Origin: Candidatus Nanopelagicales bacterium
Lineage (GTDB): Bacteria; Actinomycetota; Actinomycetes; S36-B12; UBA5976
Direction: 5' to 3'
DNA: 32,523 nt
Assembly (NCBI GenBank): GCA_044239795.1
Contig: JBIIAS010000003.1
Coordinates: 1-32,523 of the forward strand
The number at the start of each line of letters is the position of its first letter. Within the stretch, counting starts at the first letter, position 1. The notes below the pieces were generated by a model, which saw only the letters and a list, made by a program, of their open reading frames with translations, did no database searches and was not told the DNA's origin. Shown one piece after another: positions 8,189 to 18,142 of this stretch. The position numbers and the translations under genes were made by a program.

Positions 8189-9012
8189 TGCTTCGTAGCT
8201 ACCTGTATGTTCCTGGTGACGATCTGGTCAAGTTAACAAAAGCTCTGACCAGAGGTGCTGATGCGCTAATAGTTGACCTAGAAGATGGTGTGGCTTTTGA
8301 TAACAAAGAAGTCGCGCGTTCTGTCGTTTCTGAATTCCTAGAAAGCAAGGAAAGCAACTGGCCAAGTATCTGGGTGCGCCTCAATCCAGGCACCTTGCTT
8401 ACCTCAGACATACAGGCAATTCCAATTAACAAACTCGATGGGGTTGTTCTTGCGAAAACTGATTCGACTTCTGACCTTGACAACTTAGTATCCGAACTTG
8501 GTGATAGTTCAGATTTACCAGTAATGGCTCTCGTGGAAAGTGGTCTTGGAGTAACAAATCTCCTTGATGTTGTTAAACATGAAAGTGTTAGCTTGCTCCA
8601 GGTCGGTGAGGCCGACCTGGCGGCAGATCTAGGAATAACTCCTGATAGTCACTCCTCGCAATTCAACTATGTGCGGCAGCAAGCAGTTGTGGCTTGTGCT
8701 GCAGCCAAACTAAACGCTCCAATCGCTCCAGTTAGTACAAACTTTCGCGACCTTGAGCTATTCCGTGAAACTACTCAGTCTCTTGCCGACATGGGATATT
8801 TTGGTCGGGCCTGTATTCATCCAGCTCAAATCGAAATAGTTAATTCGGTGTTTACTCCAACTCACGAACAAATCGAAAAAGCTCTTGACACCATGAGCAG
8901 GTACGACGCAGCTCTTGCTTCTGGCTCGGGGGTTTGCCTTGATTTAGACGGCAGACTTGTTGATGAAGCGATAATTCGCTCAGCTCGAAGAATTATTGCG
9001 AATCAGCGCTAG
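8188..9012 (+). CDS. CitE-like CoA-ester lyase (HpcH/HpaI aldolase/citrate lyase family)
   Basis: RSYLYVPG, D.LIVDLEDGV, WVRLN, VES..G, GEADLAADLG, G..G..CIHP.Q. TAATG coupling with the dehydrogenase. Confidence 0.9.
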   Translation: MLRSYLYVPGDDLVKLTKALTRGADALIVDLEDGVAFDNKEVARSVVSEFLESKESNWPSIWVRLNPGTLLTSDIQAIPINKLDGVVLAKTDSTSDLDNLVSELGDSSDLPVMALVESGLGVTNLLDVVKHESVSLLQVGEADLAADLGITPDSHSSQFNYVRQQAVVACAAAKLNAPIAPVSTNFRDLELFRETTQSLADMGYFGRACIHPAQIEIVNSVFTPTHEQIEKALDTMSRYDAALASGSGVCLDLDGRLVDEAIIRSARRIIANQR

Positions 9013-9018
9013 CTCAAG

Positions 9019-9933
9019 ATGTCCACAACAACCAAGAAGTCCAATCTTGGAATTGGTCTTGCGGTTTTATACATTTGTTGGGGCAGCAGTTTCTTGGGAA
9101 TCGAGAAAGCAGTTTCTGGATTTCCACCATTAACTTCGGTTTTTATTCGATTCCTACTTGCCAGTTTGTTGCTTGCCAGCTTTATTACTTGGCGATCAGG
9201 GTGGCGCGCGCTACTTATTCCTAAGCGGGCAATTCCACAAACTGTTGGACTGGGCGTCCTCATGCTTTCTGTTGGCAACGGTGGAGTGTCAATGGCCCAA
9301 TCTCAAGGAATGCCATCATGGTTGGCCGCTTTAGTAATCGCTACTGTTCCGATTTGGGTGGTATTGCTTAGATTGGCTTTTGGTGAGCGAGTTGCCAAGT
9401 CAACTTTGATTGGAACTGGAATCGCGTTTTCTGGCACTTGTGCGCTGTTGTTGTCTGCATCGCAAAATGGCGAAGCCCGGCCAGAGAGTTTGTTGTTTGC
9501 CTTGCTGGGTGCGCTTGGCTGGTCGCTTGGCTCATTTCTTGCCTCTCGAACACCACAGTCAGAACAACCCATGATCAGCGGAACGCATCATTTATTTTTT
9601 GCCTCTCTTGGCATATTGGTTTTGGTTCTCCTGTCAGACGAACCAAGTGAATGGCAAAGTATGCAGCCTGACGCGTCGGCCATATTTGGTTTGCTCTGGT
9701 TGATAGTCGCAGGATCCAGCATCGGTCTTGTTGTGTACAACTGGGTGGTCACCCAGTCTTCTGTTTCAGTTGGCAATACTTATGCATTTAGTAACCCAGT
9801 CATAGCAACACTTCTGGCAGTAACTGTGGTGCACAATCGACCTTCACAAGGAGCTTTGCTCTCTATACCTTTTGTTGTTTTTGGCGTAGCGTTAATTATC
9901 TTGGGTGACAGAAAGGTTGTGACTCCGGCTTGA
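9019..9933 (+). CDS. EamA/DMT family transporter (YedA-like)
   Basis: About 10 hydrophobic helices in two repeats; LYICWGSSF, PP.....RF, YAFSNPVIA. Confidence 0.88.
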   Translation: MSTTTKKSNLGIGLAVLYICWGSSFLGIEKAVSGFPPLTSVFIRFLLASLLLASFITWRSGWRALLIPKRAIPQTVGLGVLMLSVGNGGVSMAQSQGMPSWLAALVIATVPIWVVLLRLAFGERVAKSTLIGTGIAFSGTCALLLSASQNGEARPESLLFALLGALGWSLGSFLASRTPQSEQPMISGTHHLFFASLGILVLVLLSDEPSEWQSMQPDASAIFGLLWLIVAGSSIGLVVYNWVVTQSSVSVGNTYAFSNPVIATLLAVTVVHNRPSQGALLSIPFVVFGVALIILGDRKVVTPA

Positions 9934-11474
9934 ATGAGAAAGCACAAAAATTCTCAATCTCAGTTGATCAAGTTCAATTCATAAACCAAGAACTTGGACT
10001 TGGGCTAAATTCGGACCAAGTTTTACTCGCTGCGCAAGCTTGTGCGGCGATCACTTCAGAGTATGACTTCATAAACAATGTTGCGGACCTTAAGACCCCA
10101 ACCAAAAGAAAGCATTCGCGGCCAAAAAGCAATAAGCACAATGCGTGGACTTATCAATGCGAGTTACGCGAATCTAAATCTGGATCGCTTGCTGGGTTGA
10201 CTTTTGCAATTAAGGATTCAATTAATCTTGCAGGCATTCCCATGGCAATGGGCTCTGAACTACTGGATGGCTGGGTTCCACAAACAGATGCCACGGTAGT
10301 TTCAAGAATTCTTGCTAATGGCGGCACAATTCTAGGAAAAACAACAACTGAGAACCTTTGTATTTCTGGTGGCTCAGTAACTTCATGGCCATTGCCAGTA
10401 GACAATCCAGCAGCTCTTGGGTTTAGCGCTGGCGGATCCAGCAGCGGTAGCGCAGCAGTTGTAGCAAATAACGAGGTAGATGTTGCGTTAGGCGCCGATC
10501 AAGGTGGCTCAATTCGAATTCCAGCTGCATTCTGCGGCGTTCTTGGGCACAAGCCAACACATGGACTGGTTCCCTACACTGGAATCGCGAGTTTGATGCC
10601 AAGCCTGGATCATGTGGGACCAATTGCGCGCTCGGCACGCAATCTCGCCCTGACCCTAGATGCAATAGCAGGACCCGATCAGGATGACCCAAGGCAGGCA
10701 GCGCTGCGTGGTCCTGCACCGTGGCCCAACGGTTACCAAATGTGTGAGCCAGAACTAGATAAAGGTGTTGCCGGACTAAGAATTGGCTTACTGCAAGAGG
10801 GCTTTGAGATAACCAAGAACGGTGAGACTAACGGATTCCCTGGATCTGCTGCGGCAGCTGAGCTAGTGCGGAAACAAACTTCTCTGTTAACAGAGCAAGG
10901 TGCAATCGTTACACCGGTAAGCATTCCTATACATAAGGATGCTGCCAAAATCTATGGTCCCATTTTGATTGATGGTGCCTACCAAGGTTTGAGCCTGATC
11001 GCTGGCAGAAACTTTGCGGGATTCGGCAAAGACGATAGTGCTACTCAAGAGATTTCTCGACGGATTGCTCAGAGTCCTGAAAAGGTGAGCTTGATAACGG
11101 CAATAGTTTTGATCGCTGGCCGCCACATGGAATTAATGGATGATGGAGCTGTCTACTCAAAAGCCAGTGGTCAAGTTTCGCTTCTTCGCAATGCATATCA
11201 AAATGCTTTTGAGAACTTTGATGCGCTAGTTTGTCCAGCTACTGGGCCAGCCGGGCTTCCAACAAAACAAACTGGGCTGGAAGAGAATCTCTTAAGTGAA
11301 ACTATGTCATTTTATGCAAATACAGCAGCGACGAACTTGACTGGACATCCAAGCACTAACGTGCCAGTGGGACTTATAGATGGTTTACCAATTAGTGCCA
11401 TGATTACGACGAACTACTGGCAAGATGCCTGCGCAATAAGAATCGCGCAGGCATTGCAACTAATCAGCCAGTAA
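9930..11474 (+). CDS. Amidase-signature family amidase (Rhodococcus AmdA-like N-terminus)
   Basis: Lys-cisSer-Ser triad motifs AIKD, GGSSSGS and GADQGGSIRIPA; KPTHGLVPYTG; DHVGP. The TTG start overlaps the EamA stop. Confidence 0.9.
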   Translation: MNEKAQKFSISVDQVQFINQELGLGLNSDQVLLAAQACAAITSEYDFINNVADLKTPTKRKHSRPKSNKHNAWTYQCELRESKSGSLAGLTFAIKDSINLAGIPMAMGSELLDGWVPQTDATVVSRILANGGTILGKTTTENLCISGGSVTSWPLPVDNPAALGFSAGGSSSGSAAVVANNEVDVALGADQGGSIRIPAAFCGVLGHKPTHGLVPYTGIASLMPSLDHVGPIARSARNLALTLDAIAGPDQDDPRQAALRGPAPWPNGYQMCEPELDKGVAGLRIGLLQEGFEITKNGETNGFPGSAAAAELVRKQTSLLTEQGAIVTPVSIPIHKDAAKIYGPILIDGAYQGLSLIAGRNFAGFGKDDSATQEISRRIAQSPEKVSLITAIVLIAGRHMELMDDGAVYSKASGQVSLLRNAYQNAFENFDALVCPATGPAGLPTKQTGLEENLLSETMSFYANTAATNLTGHPSTNVPVGLIDGLPISAMITTNYWQDACAIRIAQALQLISQ

Positions 11475-12222
11475 GAGCTTCACCTTTTGCGACGTCTCCT
11501 GATGCTGAACCATCATTGAGTACCTCACGAGCCAACACATCTACGGTGTAAGTGTGTTCAATTACTCGATTCAGTACCGGATCAGTCATCTTGATCGTCC
11601 AAGACTCAGCAAATCGCAACTTTTCTCCAATTGAAACAACGGTTCCACTGAACAAAATGTTTGCCCCGGCCACACGAGTAACGCTTTCTCTTAGACCTTG
11701 AACCATTTCTGCTGGAGTCCAGAATTCATTTACCATTGCCTCTTGGTACTTAACAGTTTCACCCTGATCAATCACCCAAGATTCCATATGAATGTCATCC
11801 CAGTGATCCTTTACGTCATTCCATCTCCACATTTGTGGCGCAACTACGTTTGGTGCAACCTGCTTTGACCAAGGGATATCAATGGTCTCAAGCGACCTAT
11901 CGGTATGGTCAGAACCAACTGAAACGAAAATCTCATCGTTTTCATCAACAATAGTGACAATTTCTACTTCACCTGAAGTTTTTGGTCGCTGCACACCAAT
12001 GTGGTTATCGGTAAGTACCGCCCATGAACTAATAGGCATAACCAATGGTGGTCGCTCGCAAATAAGTTCTTTAATTCCGAGCTTGTAGCACTCTTCAAGG
12101 TGTGCTTGCATCTTCGCTTCATCACGCATGGTAAAGCCAAGGTTGTAGCACCTTGAGAAATCCATCGACTTGTCTGACGAAGAACCATCTTTCTCAATCA
12201 ACTTGAATTTTAGAACGGACAT
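11464..12222 (-). CDS. DUF2848 family protein
   Basis: G.T.RD....AH.EE...LG, TSGEVE, VGSDHTDR.LE......SKQ, W...V..HWD...SW; recognised as the DUF2848 pattern. Confidence 0.75.
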   Translation of the reverse strand: MSVLKFKLIEKDGSSSDKSMDFSRCYNLGFTMRDEAKMQAHLEECYKLGIKELICERPPLVMPISSWAVLTDNHIGVQRPKTSGEVEIVTIVDENDEIFVSVGSDHTDRSLETIDIPWSKQVAPNVVAPQMWRWNDVKDHWDDIHMESWVIDQGETVKYQEAMVNEFWTPAEMVQGLRESVTRVAGANILFSGTVVSIGEKLRFAESWTIKMTDPVLNRVIEHTYTVDVLAREVLNDGSASGDVAKGEALTG

Positions 12223-12248
12223 ACTGACCTTCTTTCCTATTAGTTTCT

Positions 12249-13085
12249 TTAGTGAGTTTCTTCGCCACCGGAGACATTCATAGCCTCTCCAGTGATGTAT
12301 TGGGCGTCTTCGCTTGCCAGAAATGCGCAGGCATTGCCGATGTCAGATGGCAAACCTGTTCTACCAAGCGGGATGCGACTTTTCATAGCTGACATGTACT
12401 CCTCTAGTGAGACACCGAGCAACTTAGAAAAATAGTCGTTCTGCCATGAACCCAAACCAGTTGTTACGTGATTAGGGCAAACTGCATTAACAGTAATTCC
12501 ATGGCTACCGAGTTCAATTGCCACAGATCTGGTGAATCCAATAACTCCGTGCTTTGACGAGACATAAGCCGATGCATGAGGGAATCCACTCTTGCCACCC
12601 TGCGAAGAAATGTTTATAACTCTGCCACCATTGCCTGCAGCAATCATTGCTCGAGCGGCATGTTTTGTAGCAAGGAATGTGCCCTTCAGATTTACATCCA
12701 AAACGGCATCCCAGTCCGCTTCATTGGTATCAACCACTGGGCTCATCAGGTAACCAATCCCAGCATTGTTGATTAGAACGTCAATGGACCCAAAACTAGA
12801 AATCGTTGTTTTTACAGCATTCTCTACGTCGGACTCACTTCGCACATCACAGCTGACACTGATTGCCTGACCGGAACCACCGCTATTTAAGTTAGCTACA
12901 ACTAATTCCATTTCTGACTTAGTTGCTACTCCATGTTCGGGAAATTGGCTGCCACTGGTCTTATCAAGATCTGCAATAACTACATTGCATCCCTCTTCCA
13001 TAAAGCGTTTTGCAATGCCTTCACCAAGTCCCTTTTGACGTCCAGCGCCAGTTATCAAAACATTCTTACCTGTTAATCCACGCAT
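12249..13085 (-). CDS. SDR oxidoreductase (acetoin/polyol dehydrogenase-like)
   Basis: TGAGRQKGLG, ADL, NNAG, SSQGG, YVSSK, ITVNAVCP. Confidence 0.9.
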   Translation of the reverse strand: MRGLTGKNVLITGAGRQKGLGEGIAKRFMEEGCNVVIADLDKTSGSQFPEHGVATKSEMELVVANLNSGGSGQAISVSCDVRSESDVENAVKTTISSFGSIDVLINNAGIGYLMSPVVDTNEADWDAVLDVNLKGTFLATKHAARAMIAAGNGGRVINISSQGGKSGFPHASAYVSSKHGVIGFTRSVAIELGSHGITVNAVCPNHVTTGLGSWQNDYFSKLLGVSLEEYMSAMKSRIPLGRTGLPSDIGNACAFLASEDAQYITGEAMNVSGGEETH

Positions 13086-13094
13086 TAACTTCTC

Positions 13095-13400
13095 CTATAG
13101 ATTTTCGGACACGATAAATGTCGGATTGTCAGCAAACGCTTGAAACTGATTTGAAATTTCTTGCATTAGCTCTGTTGATACATCTTTTGTCAGCAGATCC
13201 ATGTCGGCCACATCAATAATCTCAATGTATTGATACGGGGAAGGTTCACCACTGAAGGTGCCTTGGGCTTTCAATACAGTGAACTTGTTTACTGAAGGTA
13301 ACGAATTTACAGTTGGTAAGTCTGTTGTTCGTGCCCATGATTCATAAGCAGCTACATCAGTTGTAGTTCTCAAATTGAATAGGACGATTACATGTGCCAT
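13095..13400 (-). CDS. RedY/HapK-like small dimeric alpha/beta-barrel (EthD-like) protein
   Basis: IVLFNL......AYE.WA...DLP.V..L.SV..F.V and PYQYIEII; 101 aa. Confidence 0.72.
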   Translation of the reverse strand: MAHVIVLFNLRTTTDVAAYESWARTTDLPTVNSLPSVNKFTVLKAQGTFSGEPSPYQYIEIIDVADMDLLTKDVSTELMQEISNQFQAFADNPTFIVSENL

Positions 13401-13891
13401 GACTTTATCTCCTCTAGTGACCAGATTTTATTTGGATTTTCTTCTTGCAAAGCATAAATTTTTTCTGCCGTATCAGTTCCGTCTTTTCGCCACAACGGAG
13501 TCGTTGCAGCCGGAAGCACCATAGGTACTTGTGGAGTGAGGAAAACCTGACCAATCGGCATTGGCGGACGGGCTGGATAACTATGCTCCGATTCAATCAA
13601 ATTCAAGATTTCAGGATTTGAATAGTATGCCGCAAACACTCTTGGAAGCAGGGCCTGGAAAATCTCTGGCTGCGTCGTTTCCAACTCTTTGCCAATCTCA
13701 AATCTTTTCTCAGAATCTGCATCCAGTAGACGAGTCAAGATGTCATGACCTGACACAGAATCTGCAAGTTCAACATCTGACAGGAATGAATTTGGGAAGC
13801 TTAAGACATCCGATGCCTTTGGCCAGCGGCCAGAGCCAGGTAACACCGTATCTGCAAATGCCTTTTGAATTTCGGGGGCAATTGAAACCAT
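13388..13891 (-). CDS. Small partner subunit of GMC dehydrogenase 1 (gluconate 2-dehydrogenase subunit 3-like), no Tat signal
   Basis: AFADTVLP....WPKAS and AAYYSNPE motifs; translationally coupled to the GMC; paralog of 27591-28016. Confidence 0.68.
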   Translation of the reverse strand: MVSIAPEIQKAFADTVLPGSGRWPKASDVLSFPNSFLSDVELADSVSGHDILTRLLDADSEKRFEIGKELETTQPEIFQALLPRVFAAYYSNPEILNLIESEHSYPARPPMPIGQVFLTPQVPMVLPAATTPLWRKDGTDTAEKIYALQEENPNKIWSLEEIKSWHM

Positions 13892-15477
13892 TAGATCCCC
13901 GCCTTAACAAGTTGATCTGCCGCGCGCAGTGCGACTGCTTGCAGAGTTGGGGTTGGATTTACTGCAGCGCTGCTAGCAAAAACTCCAGCATCAATAACAA
14001 GTAGATTCGGCACATCGTGTGATCGACAGTTTTGATCAACTACTGAATTCTCTGGGTTGCTTCCCATCCGCGCGGTACCCATTAAGTGAAAGCCGGCTTG
14101 TGATAGCAGTGGATTTACTAAAATTTCTTTAGCGCCTGCAGCCTCCAACCAAGCTTTTGCACTTTCTATTCCGTGCGACTTCATTCGAACCGAATTTTCT
14201 TCTAATTGGTAATTCATTACCGCCGATGGAACTCCGAAACGATCTGTTGTTGAACTATCGATTGAAACAAAATTTGTGTCAACTGGCAGGTCTTCGCATG
14301 TAACCGCAACCGTTGCTACGTGACCAAAAACCTGATCGAACCTTTCATGATGACCTTTGCCCCATGGGACATTGAGCCCAAAACCTCCAAGTGCCGATAT
14401 CAAAGGTCCTTGACCTCTTGTCACTTGCATTTCATAGCCTCGAACAAAATTACGATTTGGGTCTGTTTCGTAGAAGTGTTGTGTCAGCAGACAGAATGCA
14501 TCATTACCAGCCCAACTTTGAACCGGGTCATCCCAGACTCCAGTGACTCCAGCTATGGGATGGAGCATGAAGTTCTTTCCAACTTGTCCAGATGAATTAG
14601 CCAGGCCATCTGGAAAGTATTTGCTTACGCTATTCAAAAGAATTCGAGGCGAACCAATACCATTTGCGGCAAGCACAACATAGTCACAATCAGTTGCCTG
14701 CTCTTTGCCATTTCCATCAAACCAAACAACCCGCTTTGCTTTGCCGGTTTGATCAACTTCAATGTGTGATACCGAAGCGTTGGTTACCAATTCAGCGCCC
14801 ATTGCAATGGCTGCCGGCCAATAGGTTATGTCGACTGAACTACGTGCCCCGATTCGGCATCCCATTTCGCATGGGCCACAGTTGTTGCAACCTTTACGGC
14901 TTCCGTGATCGGTGGACAAAATGTTTCCATCACTTGGCCACCAGTGCCAACCTAATTTTGAAGCAGCATTTGCCATACGAGTTCCGGCTAATCCATACGG
15001 CATTGCAGGAGTATCGCGAGGAGTCCGAGGTGGATTTCCAGGATCTCCAGCAACGCCCGTTGTTCCCATCATGGCGTCGTTGATTTCGTAGTAGGGCGCT
15101 AAGTCCCAGTATGAGATTGGCCAGTCGAATCCAACGCCATCAAGGGAGTTGATTCGAAAGTCGGAAGGACGAAATCTTGGAGTGTGAGCTGACCACATTA
15201 AAGTGCTGCCACCGACACCGTTGTACATAAGCGGTTTGATTTCACTACCTGAATCCAAAATTGGGTAATCCGATGCTCCGTTGCGAACGTTTGGATTTGG
15301 TGAAAAGTCTGTAATTCTTCGATATTCCCAATCCGGTTGGTCAGTTGGAATATCTTGAGGCGCTAACCAGTCTCCTCGTTCCAGGCACACTGACTTAACT
15401 CCCTGCGAAGCGAGCCTCCAGGCAAATGCTGCCCCCGAGGCGCCTGCCCCAATGATCACTACGCGCGCATTGCTCAT
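13891..15477 (-). CDS. GMC family FAD oxidoreductase 1 with Cys-rich Fe-S motif
   Basis: GAGASG, VGGSTLMW, WPI.Y.DL.PYY, CNNCGPCEMGC, catalytic HLMGT.RMG and NPT.T. Confidence 0.92.
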   Translation of the reverse strand: MSNARVVIIGAGASGAAFAWRLASQGVKSVCLERGDWLAPQDIPTDQPDWEYRRITDFSPNPNVRNGASDYPILDSGSEIKPLMYNGVGGSTLMWSAHTPRFRPSDFRINSLDGVGFDWPISYWDLAPYYEINDAMMGTTGVAGDPGNPPRTPRDTPAMPYGLAGTRMANAASKLGWHWWPSDGNILSTDHGSRKGCNNCGPCEMGCRIGARSSVDITYWPAAIAMGAELVTNASVSHIEVDQTGKAKRVVWFDGNGKEQATDCDYVVLAANGIGSPRILLNSVSKYFPDGLANSSGQVGKNFMLHPIAGVTGVWDDPVQSWAGNDAFCLLTQHFYETDPNRNFVRGYEMQVTRGQGPLISALGGFGLNVPWGKGHHERFDQVFGHVATVAVTCEDLPVDTNFVSIDSSTTDRFGVPSAVMNYQLEENSVRMKSHGIESAKAWLEAAGAKEILVNPLLSQAGFHLMGTARMGSNPENSVVDQNCRSHDVPNLLVIDAGVFASSAAVNPTPTLQAVALRAADQLVKAGI

Positions 15478-15500
15478 CGCATTATTTCTTGATGGTTACT

Positions 15501-17297
15501 TCAGGATGGACTAAATGGGACATTTTCAGATGCTTTCCAACAACGCACAGACTGTCTTCCGTCTGTAATTGTCAAAGTCTGGACCTCGTCAGTGCAACGC
15601 TTTTCCACATACGGACAGCGTCCTGCAAGATAGCATCCCTTTGGCAAATCAACTGGGCTTGGAATTTCGCCATCCAAATCGGTTAGGCGGGCCTTATCTA
15701 CTCGACGGTTATTCGGGTCGTGGAATAGTACGGAATCCAAAAGTGCCTTTGTATATGGATGCTTTGGATCTGCGAAAATTTCCTCAGTTGTTCCCACTTC
15801 TACAATCTGTGACAAGTACATCACGGCTACATCGTGACAAAGCTCGCGTACTGTACTGAGGTCATGTGAGATGAAAACAAAGGACAAGCCAAGCTGCTTT
15901 TGCAAATCCTTCAAGAGCAAGATCAATTCAGCACGGGCAGCCGGTGGTAACGCTGAAGTTGGCTCATCCAAAACTACGAATTCTGGCCGAGTTACCAAAG
16001 CCCGTGCAAGACAAACTCTTTGCTGTTCGCCAGCGCTCAAGCCAATCGGTTTACGATCAGCACTTTCGGAATCCAGTCCAGCGGATGCCATTACTTCGAG
16101 CACTCTAGCCTTTCGCTCGCTTTGATTCATCTTGGTGTGTAACTTGAGCGGCTCTTCGATGCTCTTAAAGATTGGCCATCTTGGATTTAGGGAATCAAAT
16201 GGATCCTGGAAAACTACTTGAATCTTTGAGCGAAGTTGATTGAATTCCTTGAGCGACAACTCGGATATATTCTCGCCATCAAGTTCAATAGTGCCATTAT
16301 CTGGCTCCAGTAAGCGCAGGATCATTCGTCCCACAGTTGTTTTACCAGAACCACTTTCCCCAACTAAGCCAAGAGAGCGTCCCTTCTTAATGTTGAAGGA
16401 CACATTGTCTACTGCTTGAAGTACTTTACCGCCATCTACCTTGAAGGTTTTTCGCAGATCAGTAACTCTAATGATGTCATCTGGGGCATCGGCTGGAGCG
16501 GTTAATGAAGTTCGATCCGCTTTTGCCAACTTTAGAATGCGCTCACCATATGCATTATCAGGATTAGCAAAAAATTCCTTGGTATTTCTTACTGCGGTGA
16601 TTACGCCGTCTTCCATGATGATGGTGCGATCACAGTAATTGGCAATGATGCCGACATCTTGTGTTACCAATAGAACCGTCATGTCTCTATCTCGAGCAGC
16701 TCGCCACATGCGGTCAAGAAACTGAGCCTGAATGGTTACATCAAGTCCGCTAGTTGGTTCATCTGCAATCAAAAGCTTTGGTTCAGAGCTCAACGCCATT
16801 GAAATCAAGGCGCGCTGGGCCATTCCACCGGAAAGCTCATGAGGATAAGCATCAATACGTCGCTCGGCGTCGTTGATGCCAACATCTTCAAGCAGCACTA
16901 CCGCTTGCTTTAAGGCCTCTTCTTTTGAGGCCTCGACGTGTGAACGGTATACCCGACTAATTTGAGTTCCCACGTTCAAATATGGATTAAGAGATTGTCT
17001 CGGTTTTTGGGTAATCAGAGAAATATCTTTTCCTCTTAGCAATCGAGCGCTGTCTTCGTCTAAAGAAACAAGTTCCTTGTCATCGAAATGGACTTCGCCT
17101 TCAAGTTTTCCGGGAAATCTTGCTAGGCCAAGCAAGGCCAGAGCGAGTGAAGATTTACCTGATCCACTCTCACCAATTAAGCCAACAATCTCACCGGGAA
17201 ACAATTCAATGCTGACATCTTTTACTGCAGTTACTGGTCCAGCTGCTGTCGCATATGTGACAGTTAGATTTTTTGCTTCAAGAATTGGCTTTGTCAT
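15501..17297 (-). CDS. Fused double-domain ABC ATPase (DppD/DppF type)
   Basis: Two Walker A motifs (GESGSGKS, GESGSGKT), signatures LSGGM and LSAGE, DEPT Walker B, C-terminal HPYT and a Cys-rich tail. Confidence 0.95.
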   Translation of the reverse strand: MTKPILEAKNLTVTYATAAGPVTAVKDVSIELFPGEIVGLIGESGSGKSSLALALLGLARFPGKLEGEVHFDDKELVSLDEDSARLLRGKDISLITQKPRQSLNPYLNVGTQISRVYRSHVEASKEEALKQAVVLLEDVGINDAERRIDAYPHELSGGMAQRALISMALSSEPKLLIADEPTSGLDVTIQAQFLDRMWRAARDRDMTVLLVTQDVGIIANYCDRTIIMEDGVITAVRNTKEFFANPDNAYGERILKLAKADRTSLTAPADAPDDIIRVTDLRKTFKVDGGKVLQAVDNVSFNIKKGRSLGLVGESGSGKTTVGRMILRLLEPDNGTIELDGENISELSLKEFNQLRSKIQVVFQDPFDSLNPRWPIFKSIEEPLKLHTKMNQSERKARVLEVMASAGLDSESADRKPIGLSAGEQQRVCLARALVTRPEFVVLDEPTSALPPAARAELILLLKDLQKQLGLSFVFISHDLSTVRELCHDVAVMYLSQIVEVGTTEEIFADPKHPYTKALLDSVLFHDPNNRRVDKARLTDLDGEIPSPVDLPKGCYLAGRCPYVEKRCTDEVQTLTITDGRQSVRCWKASENVPFSPS

Positions 17298-18142
17298 TGT
17301 GAGGAGACTCTTCTCTCAAGTGCATTTCCAAGCGAAGCAAATCCAAACACGGTTAGAGACACTGCGATTCCTGGGAATAGTGAAGCCCACCATTCACCCA
17401 AGATCAGCTTTGGTGCACTGGTCGCAATCATTAGTCCCCATTCAGGTGTCGGCGGCCTCACACCAGCACCGATGTAGGAAAGTCCGGCTGTTAGCAAGAT
17501 TCCAAAACCAACGGTTACCGAAAGTTGAATAAGTGAGGGTGTTAGTGAATTAGGTAGAACGTGCTTTAGCGCAATCTTCCACTCTGAATTTCCTGTTGCT
17601 CGGGCAGCTTCAACATATGTTCTGGTTTTCTGTGTCAGCACTTCAGTTCTAGTTAAGCGAACAAAAATTGGAGTGTAGAGGAAGGTGAGCGCAAAAATCA
17701 GGTTGATTAAGTTTCTACCAGTAAGGGCGACTAGAACCATTGCCAAGATGAAGATTGGGAAAGCCTGAAGCACATCTGAAATTCTCATTACTAAAGAAGA
17801 GAATCGTCCTTCATAAAACCCAGTTCCAAGACCAATCAGAGTTCCAATGAGTCCAGATAGAAGGGCCGCGCTGACTGACAAAACAACGTCAATTCTTGGC
17901 GCAGTGATAACGCGGCTAAACACATCAAGTCCTGAAGAGTCGGTGCCAAACCAAAACTCGCGTGAAGGCGGTTGTGAGATTGGACCAACTGGAGTTCCCG
18001 GATCGTAAGGTGCGATCATGTATCCAAATACACTTAAAAACAATGCGGTGCCAACGATGATTACGCCTGCGAGTAACAGGCCATCTTGGTACCAGCGCTT
18101 AGCTTTAAAAACATTGAGAGCTTGAGTTGTTTGCGTTGTCAT
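17294..18142 (-). CDS. ABC permease (DppC/OppC type)
   Basis: WFGTD..G.DVFSR, EAA loop YVEAARATG, HVLPN, PP.PEWG. Confidence 0.95.
   Translation of the reverse strand: MTTQTTQALNVFKAKRWYQDGLLLAGVIIVGTALFLSVFGYMIAPYDPGTPVGPISQPPSREFWFGTDSSGLDVFSRVITAPRIDVVLSVSAALLSGLIGTLIGLGTGFYEGRFSSLVMRISDVLQAFPIFILAMVLVALTGRNLINLIFALTFLYTPIFVRLTRTEVLTQKTRTYVEAARATGNSEWKIALKHVLPNSLTPSLIQLSVTVGFGILLTAGLSYIGAGVRPPTPEWGLMIATSAPKLILGEWWASLFPGIAVSLTVFGFASLGNALERRVSSQ

Noticed and set aside
5804-9012. Assigning ict/ccl (itaconate) or citE gene symbols
   Set aside because: The MaoC-type itaconyl-CoA hydratase and citD/citF are absent, and family motifs do not fix the substrate.
13095-13400. Prodiginine or other biosynthetic cluster implied by the HapK/RedY-like gene
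   Set aside because: No PKS/NRPS, carrier proteins or condensing enzymes; the importer and hydrolases point to catabolism.
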